From: Mobula hypostoma | Lineage: Eukaryota | DNA: 64,000 nucleotides | Reading direction: 5' to 3' | Assembly (NCBI RefSeq): GCF_963921235.1 | Contig: NC_086108.1 | Location: forward strand, 32,800,001 to 32,864,000 | Part shown: positions 12,463-24,456 of the stretch, in pieces | Layout of the letters: each line of letters starts with the position of its first letter | How positions within the stretch are numbered: the first letter of the stretch is position 1 | Made by a program: the position numbers and the translations under genes | The notes under the pieces: generated by a model | Database searches by the model: none | What the model saw: only the letters and a program-made list of their open reading frames with translations | Told to the model about the DNA's origin: nothing

Positions 12463-13121
12463 TTGACATGGTGGAGGATTACAAATACCTGGGGATACGA
12501 ATTGACAATAAACTGGACTGGTCAAAGAACACTGAGGCTGTCTACAAGAAGGGTCAGAGCCGTCGCTATTTCCTGAGGAGACTGAGGTCCTTTAACATCT
12601 GCCAGACGATGCTGAGGATGTTCTACGAGTCTGTGGTGGCCAGTGCTATCATGTTTGCTGTTGTGGGCTGGGGCAGCAGGCTGAGGGTGGCAGACACCAA
12701 CAGAATCAACAAACTCATTCGTACGGCCAGTGATGTTGTGGTGATGGAACTGGACTCTCTCACGGTGGTGTCTGAAAAGAAGATGCTGTCTAAGTTGCAT
12801 GCCATCTTGGACAATGTCTCCCATCCACCACATAATGTACTGTGGGCACAGGAGTACATTCAGCCAGAGTCTCATTCCACCGAGATGCAACACAGAGCGT
12901 CATAGGAAGTCATTCCTGCCTGTGGCCATCAAACTTTACAACTCATCCCTTGGAGGGTCAGACACCCTGAGCCAATAGGCTGGTCCTGGACTTATTTCAT
13001 AATTTACTGGCATAATTTACATGTTACTATTTAACTATTTATGGTTTTATTACTATGGTGCAACTGTAACGAAAACCGATTTCCCCTGGGATCAATAAAG
13101 TATGACTATGACTATGACTAT
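12463..13121 (+). mobile_element. Young Rex1/Babar-type LINE 3' portion
   Basis: 'DMVEDYKYLGIRIDNKLDWSKNTEAVYKKGQSRRYFLRRLRSF...FYESVVAS'; AATAAA and (TATGAC)n tail; near-identical 3' end at 32666..32990. Confidence 0.9.
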
Positions 13122-13329
13122 GTGTCGTATGACTATCACTGTTAGATGAGGGAAGGCTTGAGGCTTCAGTGAAGTGCTTTGCCAAAGGTAAAACGTTAAA
13201 TCAAAGGAACAATTGAGCATCCCAGTGAATCCTCTCACCAGCTAACCTTGCAGGGCAACACGAGAAGGAGAAAGACGGGCAGTCAAGAAGGTGAGATTGA
13301 AAATAAATTAAAGCACAGGGGATATAGAG

Positions 13330-13545
13330 GCGGCGTCCATTGTTAAGGACACCCATCACCCAGGACATGCCCTCTTCTTATGTTACCGTCCGGAAAGAGA
13401 TACAGAAGCCTGAAGACACACACTCAGCAACTCAGAAAAAGCCATGTGATTCCTAAATGGACATTGAACCCATGAATGTTACCTCATCTTTTTTTACATT
13501 ATTTCTGCTTCGCACTATTTTAATCTAACTATTTAATATGCCACG
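13330..13545 (+). mobile_element. Rex1/Babar 3' end fragment
   Basis: GGCGTCCATT..AAGGAC..CCATCACCCAGGACATGCCCTCTTCT..TACAGAAGCCTGAAGACACACACTCA, same motif as 45620..45790 and 56520..56680. Confidence 0.75.
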
Positions 13546-13550
13546 TAATT

Positions 13551-14432
13551 TGTCACGTAAACGGCAACAATGAATATCAATCGAGACAGGTTATATAAAA
13601 ACAACCAAACATTTATTAAACAGGGATAAATGATAAGAAAACAAGACAAATGAAAACTTTAACCGGAAGTTAACTGTTATGCAGCCGTTCAACACCTCGT
13701 CACTCGGCACTGGTTCTTAAAGCGTTAAATGCGAAAACAGTTCTTAAAGCAATAAAGTCAAATATAGTTCTTAAAGCGATAACTTTGAAAGTCCAACAGA
13801 TTTACACGTTCCATTGGGGAGAGACTTCTCTGGAGAAAGATTTCTTCACAGACGCAACTTTCCTGCTGGTTCTGTCCACAGGATTCACGATGCCGAAAAT
13901 AAACAGTCCAAATCAACTGACCTTAAATTCTTTTAGAGAGAGAGCAAACCATTGCAAACTTTTTGGCAAGAGTTATCCTTGATGCAGGTCGCTGCTCTTC
14001 CAATGAAGACTCAATAAGGTTGATCCTTTTTTAAACTGCCAAATGCTGCCGACTCCTCTCGATCCTTCGGTCCTGTAACTTCAATAAATTTTTCACTCTC
14101 CCTTCTACTGTTGGAATTGGGTAAATCAACACATCTAGCAATAATTTTCAGTCCAATAATATGGTATCTTGCAACAGAATGCACACTCTGTTTTAAAAAT
14201 GAAACTGCGTCACAAAAACAAACACGCAACAGAAACGGAGACACAGCACGTTATACCTGGAAATCTACAAACTAAAAAACCCTACTACGTCACCTGGGTC
14301 AACCCTTATATAGCTATGGTGCACATGTCATCACGTGACCTCACATCGGTGGGAAAATCACATCAGGTGACCTCCAAAAGACCATTACATCATTCTCACA
14401 AAAAAAACACAGATCTCCTTGAGCATGTAACA
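13551..14432 (-). repeat. 3' LTR of the Gypsy (Gmr1-like) element
   Basis: TGT...ACA termini; adjacent polypurine tract (GGAGGGAGG on minus, 14433..14441); homologous along its length to 23043..23911. Confidence 0.9.
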
Positions 14433-14631
14433 CCTCCCTCCAAAAAAAAATTTGGTCTCTTAAAGAACAAAATTTTAACAATTTATACAAAAAAAATACA
14501 AAGGCATAAAATTTACAAAATACGCAATATATACAATCTTATATTTCAGCCCTTTACAAACTAATGTACAGTAGGAGTGTTACAAATGTGAAAATACCAG
14601 TCCAAAAAAAACACAAATTTTCATTCTACAT

Positions 14632-16772
14632 TTAACATCTAGACAGACAATCAGCGATCACATTATCTTTACCCTTAATATGAGTGATCAAAATATTGTA
14701 CTCCTGTAACATTAGACTGTATTATTAAACTGGAGTCTAATTTCCTTAACCCTTTTCCTTAACAGTCATAGTGGCATGACCAAATTCACTTTCAGCTAAG
14801 TTAATAGTTAAGTTAGCTTTTGAAAGTCTCTCAAATAGTTTCTCCACCACCGTAATATGTGTTTTCCACGTATTATTCCCTGTAACTAAATCATCAATAT
14901 AGGCATCTGTATCTTTTAATCCCTAAATCACGCTATTAATCATCCTCTGAAAAGTACCTGGTGCATTCTTCATCCCAAATGGAAGAACATTATATTCATA
15001 TAACCCAGATGGGGTTACAAATGCTGAAATCTCTCTACCTCTATCCGTCAATGGAACACACCAATAACCTCTTAACAAATCAATTTTTGTAAGGAATTTG
15101 GCCTGTCCAACTTTATCCACACAATCATCTATCCTAGGGATTGGATATGCATCAGTTTTTGTCACAGCATTCACCTTTCTGTAATCCGTACAAAACCTAA
15201 TACTATGGTCTGGCTTAGGCACCATAACACACGGTGAACTCCAATTTGAATTAGAATGTCTAATAATATCATTCTCTAACATATACTTAAATTCTTGTTC
15301 AGCCATTTCACATTTTTCTCTGTTCATTGGATATGGATGTTGTTTTATGGGTTTTGCATCTCTAACATCTACATCATGTGTAGCTACGGTGGTTCTTCTA
15401 GGGACGTCTGGAAATAAATCTCTATATTTAAAAAATTAACTGTTTCATTTGCTCTCTCTGCTCTGGCTGTAAATGAGCTAATTTTTCATCAAGATTTTCT
15501 AGAATTTTTGAATTTGGTAACCTGGCTGAAATAATATTGGGTTTAAAATGAGTTTCAGACGAATCCTCCAGTAAGTTTTCATCACGATCAGACTCATTAT
15601 TGATCACAACAGTCATAGTAGCAATCTCTCTCTCATAACAACACACATAAAAGTTGCTGGTGAACGCAGCAGGCCAGGCAGCATCTCTAGGAAGAGGTGC
15701 AGTCGATGTTTCAGGCTGAGACCCTTCGTCAGGACACATAATACGGTCTCTCTCATAATATGGTTTTATCATATTTATATGACACAGCTGTGTTGTCTTT
15801 CTCTGATCTGGGGTTTTTACCATATAATCCACATCATTTACTTTAGATTTAATCTCATAAGGACCATGGAATTTGGCTTGTAATGGGTTCGTTTGCACTG
15901 GGAAAAGAACCAACACCTTATCTCCAGGCTTAAATGACCTCATCCTTGCTTCCTTATCACACCACGTCTTCATCTTCTCTTGAGCTAACCTTAAATTTTC
16001 CTTGGCCAAGCTACAAACTTTATACAATCTTTCTTTAAATTTCAAAACATAATCTAGCAAATTAGTGTGTACTTCTTTATTAATCCACTGTTCCTTCAAC
16101 AAAGCCAAAGGTCCTCGAGCTGTATGCCCAAACACAAGTTCAAAAGGACTAAAACCTAATGATTCCTGTACTGCCTCCCTTACTGCAAAAAGTAGTAAAT
16201 GTATACCTTCATCCCAGTCCTTTTCATTTTCATTTTCTACATAATATGTCCTAATCATAGTTTTTAGTGTGGAATGAAATCTTTCCAAGGCTCCTTGTGA
16301 TTCTGGATGATAGGCTGAGGAAATAATCTGTTTTGCTCCCAGTTTATAAACTATCTGCTGAAACAACCCCAACATAAAATTACTACCTTAATCTGATTGT
16401 ATTTCCTTAGAGAAACCAAAATAAGTAAAGAATTTTATAAGAGCCTTTATCACAGTTTTGGCTGTTATATTCCTAAGAGGTACTGCCTCTGGAAACCTGA
16501 CGCTGTGCGCATAATAGTTAATAAATATTGATGTCCAGTTTTAGTTTTTGGCAAAGGTCCTACACAGTCTACAATGATTTTTGAGAATGGCTCACCAAAT
16601 ACTGGAATTGGTTGTAGTGGGGCCACTGGAATAACCTGATTAGGTTTACCCACAATTTGACACGTATGACACGTTTTACAAAATAATACCACATCTTGTC
16701 TTAAACTAGGCCAATAAAAATGTTTAGAAACTTTGTTTATAGTTTTCTTTACACCTAAATGACCACCCAAAG
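14632..16772 (-). pseudogene. Gypsy (Gmr1-like) pol remnant in the order integrase, RT, RNase H end
   Basis: 'GHLGVKKT...FYWP...CKTCHTCQ' (IN zinc finger), 'YHPESQGALERFH' (rve), 'IRFCTDYRKVN...LPFGMKNAPGTFQR' and YIDD near 14890 (RT), 'WSLMLQEYNILITHIKGKDNVIADCLSRC*' (RNase H end); frameshifts, stops, and a deletion covering most of RNase H. Confidence 0.9.
15639..15746 (-). mobile_element. PLE mini-copy inserted in frame into Gypsy pol
   Basis: 12-bp TSD TCTCTCTCATAA at 15627..15638 and 15747..15758; minus strand GTCCTGACGAAGGGTCTCAGCCTGAAACATCGACTG... Confidence 0.9.
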
Positions 16773-17039
16773 GAAAACTGGTAGCAAGAGCAGGACAGAG
16801 CTGGTTAAGGAGAGAGAAACGGATAATGGAGGGTAAGGAGTGAAAGGGAAAATGGTGAGCATGTAAAAGGGAACACCGGAGAAGAAAAGAAGGGAGTGAC
16901 TATGATAAAGAAGTGTAGGGAGAGTCAGAATGCATGGGATTGAAGGAGACAGGGAAAGAGGCCACTCATGTGTTGGTGAACACAAACATGGTTTATATGT
17001 CATCACAAAGCAAAGTTTTGGCAGGCAGCTAAATTAGAG

Positions 17040-17415
17040 GGAAGGCGCTCCTTGGAGTCTACTAGTTGACAGAGTGAGGATGGGATGGAGCTGAAAGGGT
17101 ATCGAAGTATTCCTTCCAACAGGTGTTGATGATCTCCCTGTCCTTGACAGGTTCACCTCTATTCTTGGCTGAAGGTGGGATAGAGCATTAAATGTGGGCA
17201 TGGATGGCTTTGTGAGTGCTCAGGTACCCACACATGACGTTGTTTTATTCCTTTACTCTTTACTCTCACAATCTTTTTTTTTGCTCATGGGGTTTTCTGC
17301 TGGATCTCAGGCCTGAGCCTAAGTGGATTTTCCCAACCAGGGATGACTCTTGTTTGTCGTGAATTAACTCCTGAGTGTCCTGGTCATTCTTATCAAACCA
17401 ATCCTGGTTCTCATT
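17040..17415 (-). mobile_element. Old RTE-clade LINE ORF fragment
   Basis: Minus-strand translation 'ENQDWFDKNDQDTQELI' and 'VKDREIINTCWKEYFDTLF' resembles RTE 'QDWFDEND' and 'RW.EHF..L' motifs. Confidence 0.65.
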
Positions 17416-17493
17416 GGAAGCTAAAAGTCATTTCAAAGGTGACAATAATGGTTCATAAACTGTGAACAGTGTGAGGCACAGGTACATAGAAGC

Positions 17494-18955
17494 ATAACAC
17501 ATACAAAATGCTGGAGGAACTCAGCTGGTCTAGCAGCAACTACGGAAGATAGAGGTGTTCCTAAGATGAAAGTAAACAGCGACTCCTTTACTTTCATCTT
17601 AGGAAACACCTCTATCTTCACCTTTATTATCTTTGTTTTTCCCTTTCAGGGTTCTTTAGAAGACACTGACCTGGTGCTACATACTGACTTTGGTTCTTTG
17701 CGGGAATGGGACCTGCTCTCGGGGTTTCATGACTGGCCGTTATCCAACCTGCCAAGGGCGTGGCCTAAGAGTTTGGCTCGCCTTTTGAGGCCTAGGATCT
17801 CGGGGCTCTGGAAACGGGCGGATCAAAAGTCTGTGTCCCAACAGACCAGCGGTGTCATGGGAGCCGGAAGATCTTTGGCTGTGTGCCCAAAGACCTGAGA
17901 TCATTGGGCACAGAGCTTGAAAAAAGTGATGCAATGGACTTTTAACATTGTAAACCAGTGAGTTGTTTGTTATGTCTCCCCTCTCGCTGTGAAATGGAGA
18001 CATCTCTTCCTCCCTTATTAGGGAAAGAGAGAACCTGTGGTATGTTGAATACCGGGTGAATGGAGTACTGCAAGTCTGTGTCTTTGCTGTTGCTTTGCTG
18101 CATGCTTGAGTGCTCGGTGGTGGGTGTCGATGCTTTTTTTTTGCTGGTGCGGGGAGAGGGATTGTTGCTTGCTGCCACTTACATGTAGGAGGGAGGGGAG
18201 CTGGAGGAACTTTGGGGTTCTAACATTTAACTGTCATTCATTCTTTGGGGCACTCATCTGTTTTCGTGGATGGTTGCAAAGAAAAAGCATTTCCAGATGT
18301 ATATTGTATACGTTTCTCTGACATTAAATGTACCTTTGAAACCTTTGAAGAATAAGTAGTCAACGTTTCGGGCTGAGAGCCTTCATCAGGTCTGGAACTG
18401 GGAGGGGAAGAAGGCAGGATGAGAAGGTGGGGAGAGGAGAAGGAATGGAAGGTGATGGGTGAAGTCAGGTGAGGGGGAAAGTAAGTGGGTGGGGGAGGGG
18501 AGGAAGTAAGAAGCTGGGAGGTAATACTGTAGTTGGAAAAGGGAGGAAAAAGAAGCAATTTGCTAAGAGAGGAAAGTGGACCATGGGAGAAAGGGAATGA
18601 GGAGGGGCACCAGGGGCTGTGATAGGCAGGTGAGGAGAAGTGGTCAGAGGGGAGCCAGAGTGGGGACTGGAAGAAGGGTCATTTACCGGAAGTTAGAGAA
18701 ATCGATGGTCATGCCGTCAGGTTGAAGGCTACCCAGACAGAATATGAGGTGCCTGGATAGTCTCCAACCTGATGGCATTAACATCAATTTCTCTTATTTC
18801 TGGTAATTATTCCCCTCCACCTTCCCTCTTCTTCCATTTCCCATTCTGGCTTCTCCTTACCTCTTTTCTCCTCACCTGCCTATCACCTCCCCCTGGTGCC
18901 CCTCCTCCTTCCCTGCTACCCTGGATCTCAGGCATCTGCAGAATCTCTTGCGTTA
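17494..18955. mobile_element. PLE with inverted arrangement (long minus arm, plus arm with tail), interrupted at 17545..18348
   Basis: ACAAAATGCTGGAGGAACTCAGC (17503) continues at 18350 with GTCAACGTTTCGGGCTGAGAGCCTTCATCAGG; inverts near 18750 into CTCCAACCTGATGGCATTAACATC...GCATCTGCAGAATCTCTTGCGTT. Confidence 0.75.
17545..18348 (+). mobile_element. Unclassified non-coding retroelement with a 5' hairpin and a Rex1/L2-like 3' tail
   Basis: Interrupts the PLE; starts with an inverted repeat of about 32-bp arms; ends TTTCTCTGACATTAAATGTACCTTTGAAACCTTTGAA. Confidence 0.5.
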
Positions 18956-20507
18956 CCTAAAGTATCTCATGAATCTGGAAAGGGGCCACCAACATTGTCC
19001 CTGCACATTTCTCCAAATCCTCTAGAAGAATAAGTGAACCCATTTCTGCTTCCTCTTGTAGACCAGCATTAACACCCATGATTTTTTAAGAACAAACAGA
19101 TCGTATCATTTGCACGCCCGACACCAAACCCTTGGATTAGGCACTTTATTCCATGCTCTGCCACAATGAAAACCTCAGGCCCCTGTGTTGTAAGCATGCT
19201 GAAGCCTAGCTTAAGCAGGCAGAAGGAGCAAGCTGCCTCACAAATCATTCTCCAGCGCAGGTTGTTGTCTAATCCTGTTAGGTACTTCCTCCCTCCTCTG
19301 TGGGTAGGGTCTGCAGCTCCAACAGTTAGCTTCATTGGCCACTTCAGAACCCAGCAAACTGGAATTCGAAGCAAGTTATCCACAATCCAAAGAGCCTACC
19401 TAGATCAGGAGGAGATGAAGGAAAAGATCATGAACTAGAAGGAAATATAAACAAAAGAAGATTGGGAGATGGAGACTGATAAAAAGTTACAAATAAGAAA
19501 CAGATTGTATCAGCAGAATAAGATAGATAAGATAATGATCAAGTGAGTAAAGGTCTCGGCGTGGCGAATGTCATTGGAGGGTGGGAAGCGATTTTGACGT
19601 TTTTGAGGTATGACCCTAAAATTACCATAGTTTTTCCGTGTAAGCAGTTCGGTCACACCTAAAATTGTAACAGTTAATGACCTTAATCTGATCAGCCTCA
19701 ATTCTGAAAAGGCATCATCTGACAAGGCTGGCATTCTATCCCACGAAAAGGCCAAATGGTTGCAGAGTTATTTTTATGTCTTCACTGAGGTTGATTAAGA
19801 GGGTAATTGAAGTTACTGAAGGTAAATCAAGGTCAGGTTCAGAGTGAAAACTGTGCACCTTAACAATCATCCAGTTGGAGACGAAAACATAATCCAATAT
19901 AGTCCCCTAATTAATAAATGTTGATTTAATACTTAGAGAAATTACACCTTGTTTCTTTGTGATGTATTTGCCCTCAAGTAAAATGCTAGGCTAAGCTATA
20001 ATATTGTGAACTTGCAATATATGATCGTAAAACACTGAGTTAATGTACCCATGTGAACCAATAAAACTGATCTCACACTAACTGCAAGATTTATCTGGCC
20101 TTAAACTCGTTGTGTTGCCTGTGATTATACTTATGGTTTTTACTATATTATTTTTGCAAACATAGAAATAATTACTAAAGCAATATTACATATGTAATTG
20201 TTCATCATTCAGTTCGACAAGCCTCTGGCAAGCTGGATATCGAAAGGTTTATAGCCAACACTGCATTTTAATCATGATGCCTGTACATAATGTTACAAAC
20301 ATTGTACAATAGTCCATGCTGTACAGTTCAAAGTTAATTAAATTAGCCTTCCAATTAAGTACTCCTCCACATAAGAACAATAAATTTCATACTATATTTT
20401 CTGATAATAATAGTTGCTAATCCAAGGATTTCCAGTGTTTTTTTTTAACTACAGATTGCCAAAGCAACACTGCAGCACCTCCTCCGTTAGACAAACACTT
20501 GAATAGT

Positions 20508-20878
20508 CTTCTCTGAGGATCATCATCTTGTCATGGTGGAGAGGCAGGTGAGTTCCGGAGGTCCTGAGAGCTCCTGGTAGGGTCACCCACGACGTTAAGG
20601 TCAAGGTGGGGGTTCCAAACAAAAAGCGAGCCAGCCAAGGCCTTAGAGGTGGAGCTGGCGGAAAATGATGACACATCCCAGTGGCGTTGAAGGTGGAGGA
20701 AGGCTGTGACGGTGAAAGGTCCCCAGTTGTCTTGCACGCCATAACACTCAACTCTGACTCTGATCTGTGAAGGACTGTGTGGTGGGTGGCTGCCTGTGCA
20801 TCCGTCTCCCCACATGAAACAAATTCACACTCAGGCATTTTCCATTAAGGGAATAACCCCTGAGGAGAACATCATACA
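20508..20878 (+). mobile_element. Probable non-autonomous RTE-derived element (RTE 5' UTR-like head)
   Basis: CTTGTCATGGTGGAGAGG...CCTGAGAGCT...CCTGGTAGGGTCACCCA...GGTCAAGG...CAAA resembles RTE/Expander/BovB 5' UTRs (recognised by eye). Confidence 0.5.
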
Positions 20879-21660
20879 CAGCTTGAGTGTCTGTACTACT
20901 TGGTTAGTAAATAGTGCCCACCAGTTTTCCAGAGGTTGGCGGTGGGATAGACAAAGAAAGTTTTCAAATGGAGAGAACAGGTGTATATGAGATTGGGGGA
21001 GATATATAGAATTAAACCAGAAACAAAAAGCTTTTAATATTGAAGCTTACTAAGAGGAATACTGCAAAGTTGAAGGTAAATATATGGTGCATGTACATAA
21101 ACGCAAGAAATGTATTAAATAAGTTTAATGAGTTATGGCCAAACTAACAAGTTAAGATGTTGTCTGAGACCTGGCTAAAACAGAGGCAGGTATGGGGTTC
21201 TAAATATTCCCTGATGCAAGGTTCAGAAAACTATAGGGAAGAGAAAAAAGGAGGGGCAATAGAGATATTGGCTAACATGGAGAGGGTGGATGTCCTGGAA
21301 TAATCAAATACTAAATCATTCTGAATGGAGTTGAGCAACAATGGGGGTACAACGATGATGCTATCAGAACTATAGTAGGGAAATCACAAAGATAAAGGAC
21401 TTCGAAATTCAAATTTAGACAGGAAGTTTGTCTGCAGGACTATATGATCCCAGTACACCTGGCCCAGTAAGGATTAGTGGATTTGTTTTGAGAAATAAAC
21501 TAGGCTATGTATATACAAGTACATATAGAGGGACATCAAGGAATCAGCAATCATATTATAATATGGCTTAGAAAAAGATAAAGGTAAAAATAATCCATTT
21601 GACATGGGCCAATTTGAATGGGATGAAACGAGGTAAATTGTGATCAAGTCTTTAAGAAGG

Positions 21661-22030
21661 ACAAACACAAGAGAGTCTGCAGGTGCTGGACATCCAAGCA
21701 ACAGACACAAAATGCTGGAGGAACTCAGCAGAACAGGCAGCATCTATTGTCGTTCCTTCATATGCCTTGTGCTGCATCAGGCAGCATTTCTGCTACTTCT
21801 GTCGCATTTGATTGTTTTTTTATCAGGCTGAGTTGCTAACTTGACGCCCAACCCAGCACAGGTGGAAAGGAGCTGGCCAGATTCGATCTCGGGACCATTT
21901 GCCTCAAAGTCTGGTGCTGATACCACTACATCACTGGCTGGATTGGAAAAAGATGATGAGAAGTCAGAGTAAGAACTTCTCATCTTTTTTTCCAGTCCTC
22001 ATGAAGAGTCTTGGCCTGAAACGTCGACTC
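21661..22030. mobile_element. Degraded inverted PLE remnant (minus arm with tail; plus-strand hammerhead-like segment)
   Basis: AAACACAAGAGAGTCTGCAGGTGCTGG...ACAAAATGCTGGAGGAACTCAGC (21663..21745); CCAGTCCTCATGAAGAGTCTTGGCCTGAAACGTCGACT (21992..22029). Confidence 0.65.
21750..21939 (-). mobile_element. tRNA-derived SINE
   Basis: Minus strand has A-box-like GATGTAGTGGTATCAGCAC and B-box-like GATCGAATCTGG, then GCTGGGTTGGGCGTCAAGTTAGCAACTCAGCC. Confidence 0.55.
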
Positions 22031-22049
22031 TTTTCCTTTTAAAAGGAGT

Positions 22050-22700
22050 TGCTTTAGAGTTTGGAGAAAGTCCTTGTGATGAAGAAACTACTAGGAAAAA
22101 TAATCAATAAAATTGAAGGCCACTTGAGCAAGCTTGCATTGCTTAGAGAAAGCAGCACTGACTTTTTGAAGGCAAATAGTGTCCTACTAACTTAATAAGT
22201 TTTTTGATGAAGTTCAAAGTTGCTCTCTAAGTACAGTACATATATAGTGATAGTATTGATAAGAAAAATGCCTCTTCAAGTAGATTTGAACTTGTAAATG
22301 GCACTTGTTACGGTGCCTCACAATTGGCTGAAACTCATCTATCAATATAGATAAGAGATTAGCTCAGTACTAGGAAACAGAGTTGTAATGAAAGGTCAAT
22401 TTTCAGGCTGGAGAAAAGTGTTCACCTTCAGGTCCCAAATGTACTTCTCTCCAACCTGAAAACCCAAGCAGCCACTTTCTTAATGACATGGACTTGGATT
22501 TCTAAGGAGTAATGTCAAAATTTGCAGATGACTTAAAACTTGGGAGTACCATGAACTGTGAAGAGGGTAATCAGGGAAGTCAGAGATATTCACACTTGCT
22601 GGTACAATAGGCCGATGGGTGTCAAGTGAAATCTAACATTCTGAAATTCTAAGTATTATATGTTAGAGGGAAGAGTGCGAAGAAGTACTGTAACTTAAGA
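22050..22700 (+). mobile_element. Ancient degraded CR1 RT fragment
   Basis: AAATTTGCAGATGAC (KFADD) near 22518 and QHGF/KSCLTNL-like remnants near 22150..22200. Confidence 0.6.
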
Positions 22701-23042
22701 GCACAATTCTAGAAAGAGTACAAGAAATGCACCACCAGCAGTAGCAGAGGAGGCACATTAAAATGAGCCATTTAGAAGGGAATTGGACAAAAGAATTTAC
22801 AGGGCTAGGAGAATGTGAGAGTGGACTGGGCCTAGCCAGACTCATCTTGCATAAAGCTGGCAGAGACCCGGCCTCTTCCCATTCTGTAACCACTCTGCAG
22901 TATTGGACAACAAATTACTGATTTCGCACACCTGCACTCAGGCAATCTAGAGGTTAATATTTGATCTACCCTGATTCTCCATAAACTTTGTTATAATGTT
23001 ACCTCTTTACTAGTCTGGCAATGAAATGCTTGAGGCTGCATT

Positions 23043-23911
23043 TGTTACATAACCAGCAACAATAAATATTAATCGAGACAGGTTATATAAAAACAACAAA
23101 ACATTTATTAAACACGTATAAACGATAAGGAAAAAAAAAACAAAGGAAAACTTTAACCGGGAGTTAACAGGTACGCAGCCGTTCACCAACTCCACTCAGC
23201 TCTGGTTCTTAAAGCATTAAATGCGAAAACAGTTCTTAAAGCGATACAATCGGATATAGTTCTTAAACGATAACTTCGAAAGTCCAACAGTTTTACACAT
23301 TCAACTGGGAGAGACTTCTCTGGAGAAAGATTTCTTCACAGACGCAACTTTACTGCTGGTTCTGTCCACAGGATTCACGATGCCGAAAATAAACAGGTTA
23401 AATCGACTGACCTTAAATTCCTTTAGAGAGAGAGAGCACCTTTTTGCATGAACTCATTGCCCTTTTGCAAGAGTTATCTCGATGCAGGTTCTCCTCCAAC
23501 AAAGACTCAATAAGGTCGATTCTTTATTAAACTGCCAAACAATGCCAACTTCTCTCGATCCTTCGATGAATTCTTCACTCTCCCTTCAAATGTCGGAATT
23601 GAGTAAATTGGCACTTTTAGCCACAAATTCCCGGTCCAAATGTACTGTATCTTATAAGAGAATGCACCCTCCGTTTTAAAAATGAAACTGCGTCACAAAA
23701 TCAAACACGCAACAGAAACGGAGGCACAACACGTTCTACCTGGAAATCTACAAACTCAAAAACGGACTGCATCACCTGGGTCAACCCTTATATAGTCACG
23801 GGGCACATGTCATCACGTGACCTCACATCAGCAGGAAAATCACATCAGGTGACCTCCAAAAGACCATTACATCATTCTCACAAAAAAAAAGATCTCCTTG
23901 AGCATGTAACA
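23043..23911 (-). repeat. Solo LTR of the same Gypsy family as 13551..14432
   Basis: TGT...ACA termini; colinear homology to 13551..14432; flanks CATT/CAGT (4-bp TSD with one mismatch); no adjacent PBS or PPT. Confidence 0.85.
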
Positions 23912-24188
23912 CAGTACTCTCCCTCCTAGACATAACATCCTGAATATAGAATCAGAGCTGGTGCATTAAGATATAGAACAGGGTGTAATTAGTCATAATT
24001 ACAATCATATGGCCTCTCCAGTCTGAAAAACTAATGTCTCATTTTTAGTTTTATTTACATTTGGAGTTTTATAAAATAATATTTGAAGTTGCTATTTTTA
24101 AAAATTTGTCTCTTACTTCCGTTTTTCTTTGCTTTGTTTTTTTGTTTGCTTACTAAACTTGATCCTACACTGAACTAAATGTAGTTAG

Positions 24189-24456
24189 GTGCTGGGGAGT
24201 AGGTACAGAGGAGATGTCAGGGGTAAGTTTTTTACTCAGAGAGTGGTGAGTGCGTGGAATGGGCTGCCGGCAGCAGTGGTGGAGGTGGATACGATAGGGC
24301 CTTTCAAGAGACTCCTGGATAAGTACATGGAGCTTAGAAAAATTAAGGGCTGTAAGTAAGACTAGTAATTTCTAAGGTAGGGCCATGTTCGGTACAACTT
24401 TGTGGGCCGAAGGGCCTGTATTGTGCTGTAGGTTTTCTATGTTTCTATGTTTCTAT
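24189..24456 (+). mobile_element. CR1 3' end fragment
   Basis: GGTAAGTTTTTTACTCAGAGAGTGGTGAGTGCGTGGAAT ([12 protein letters not shown]); GGCCGAAGGGCCTGT stem; TTTCTATGTTTCTATG tail. Confidence 0.9.
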
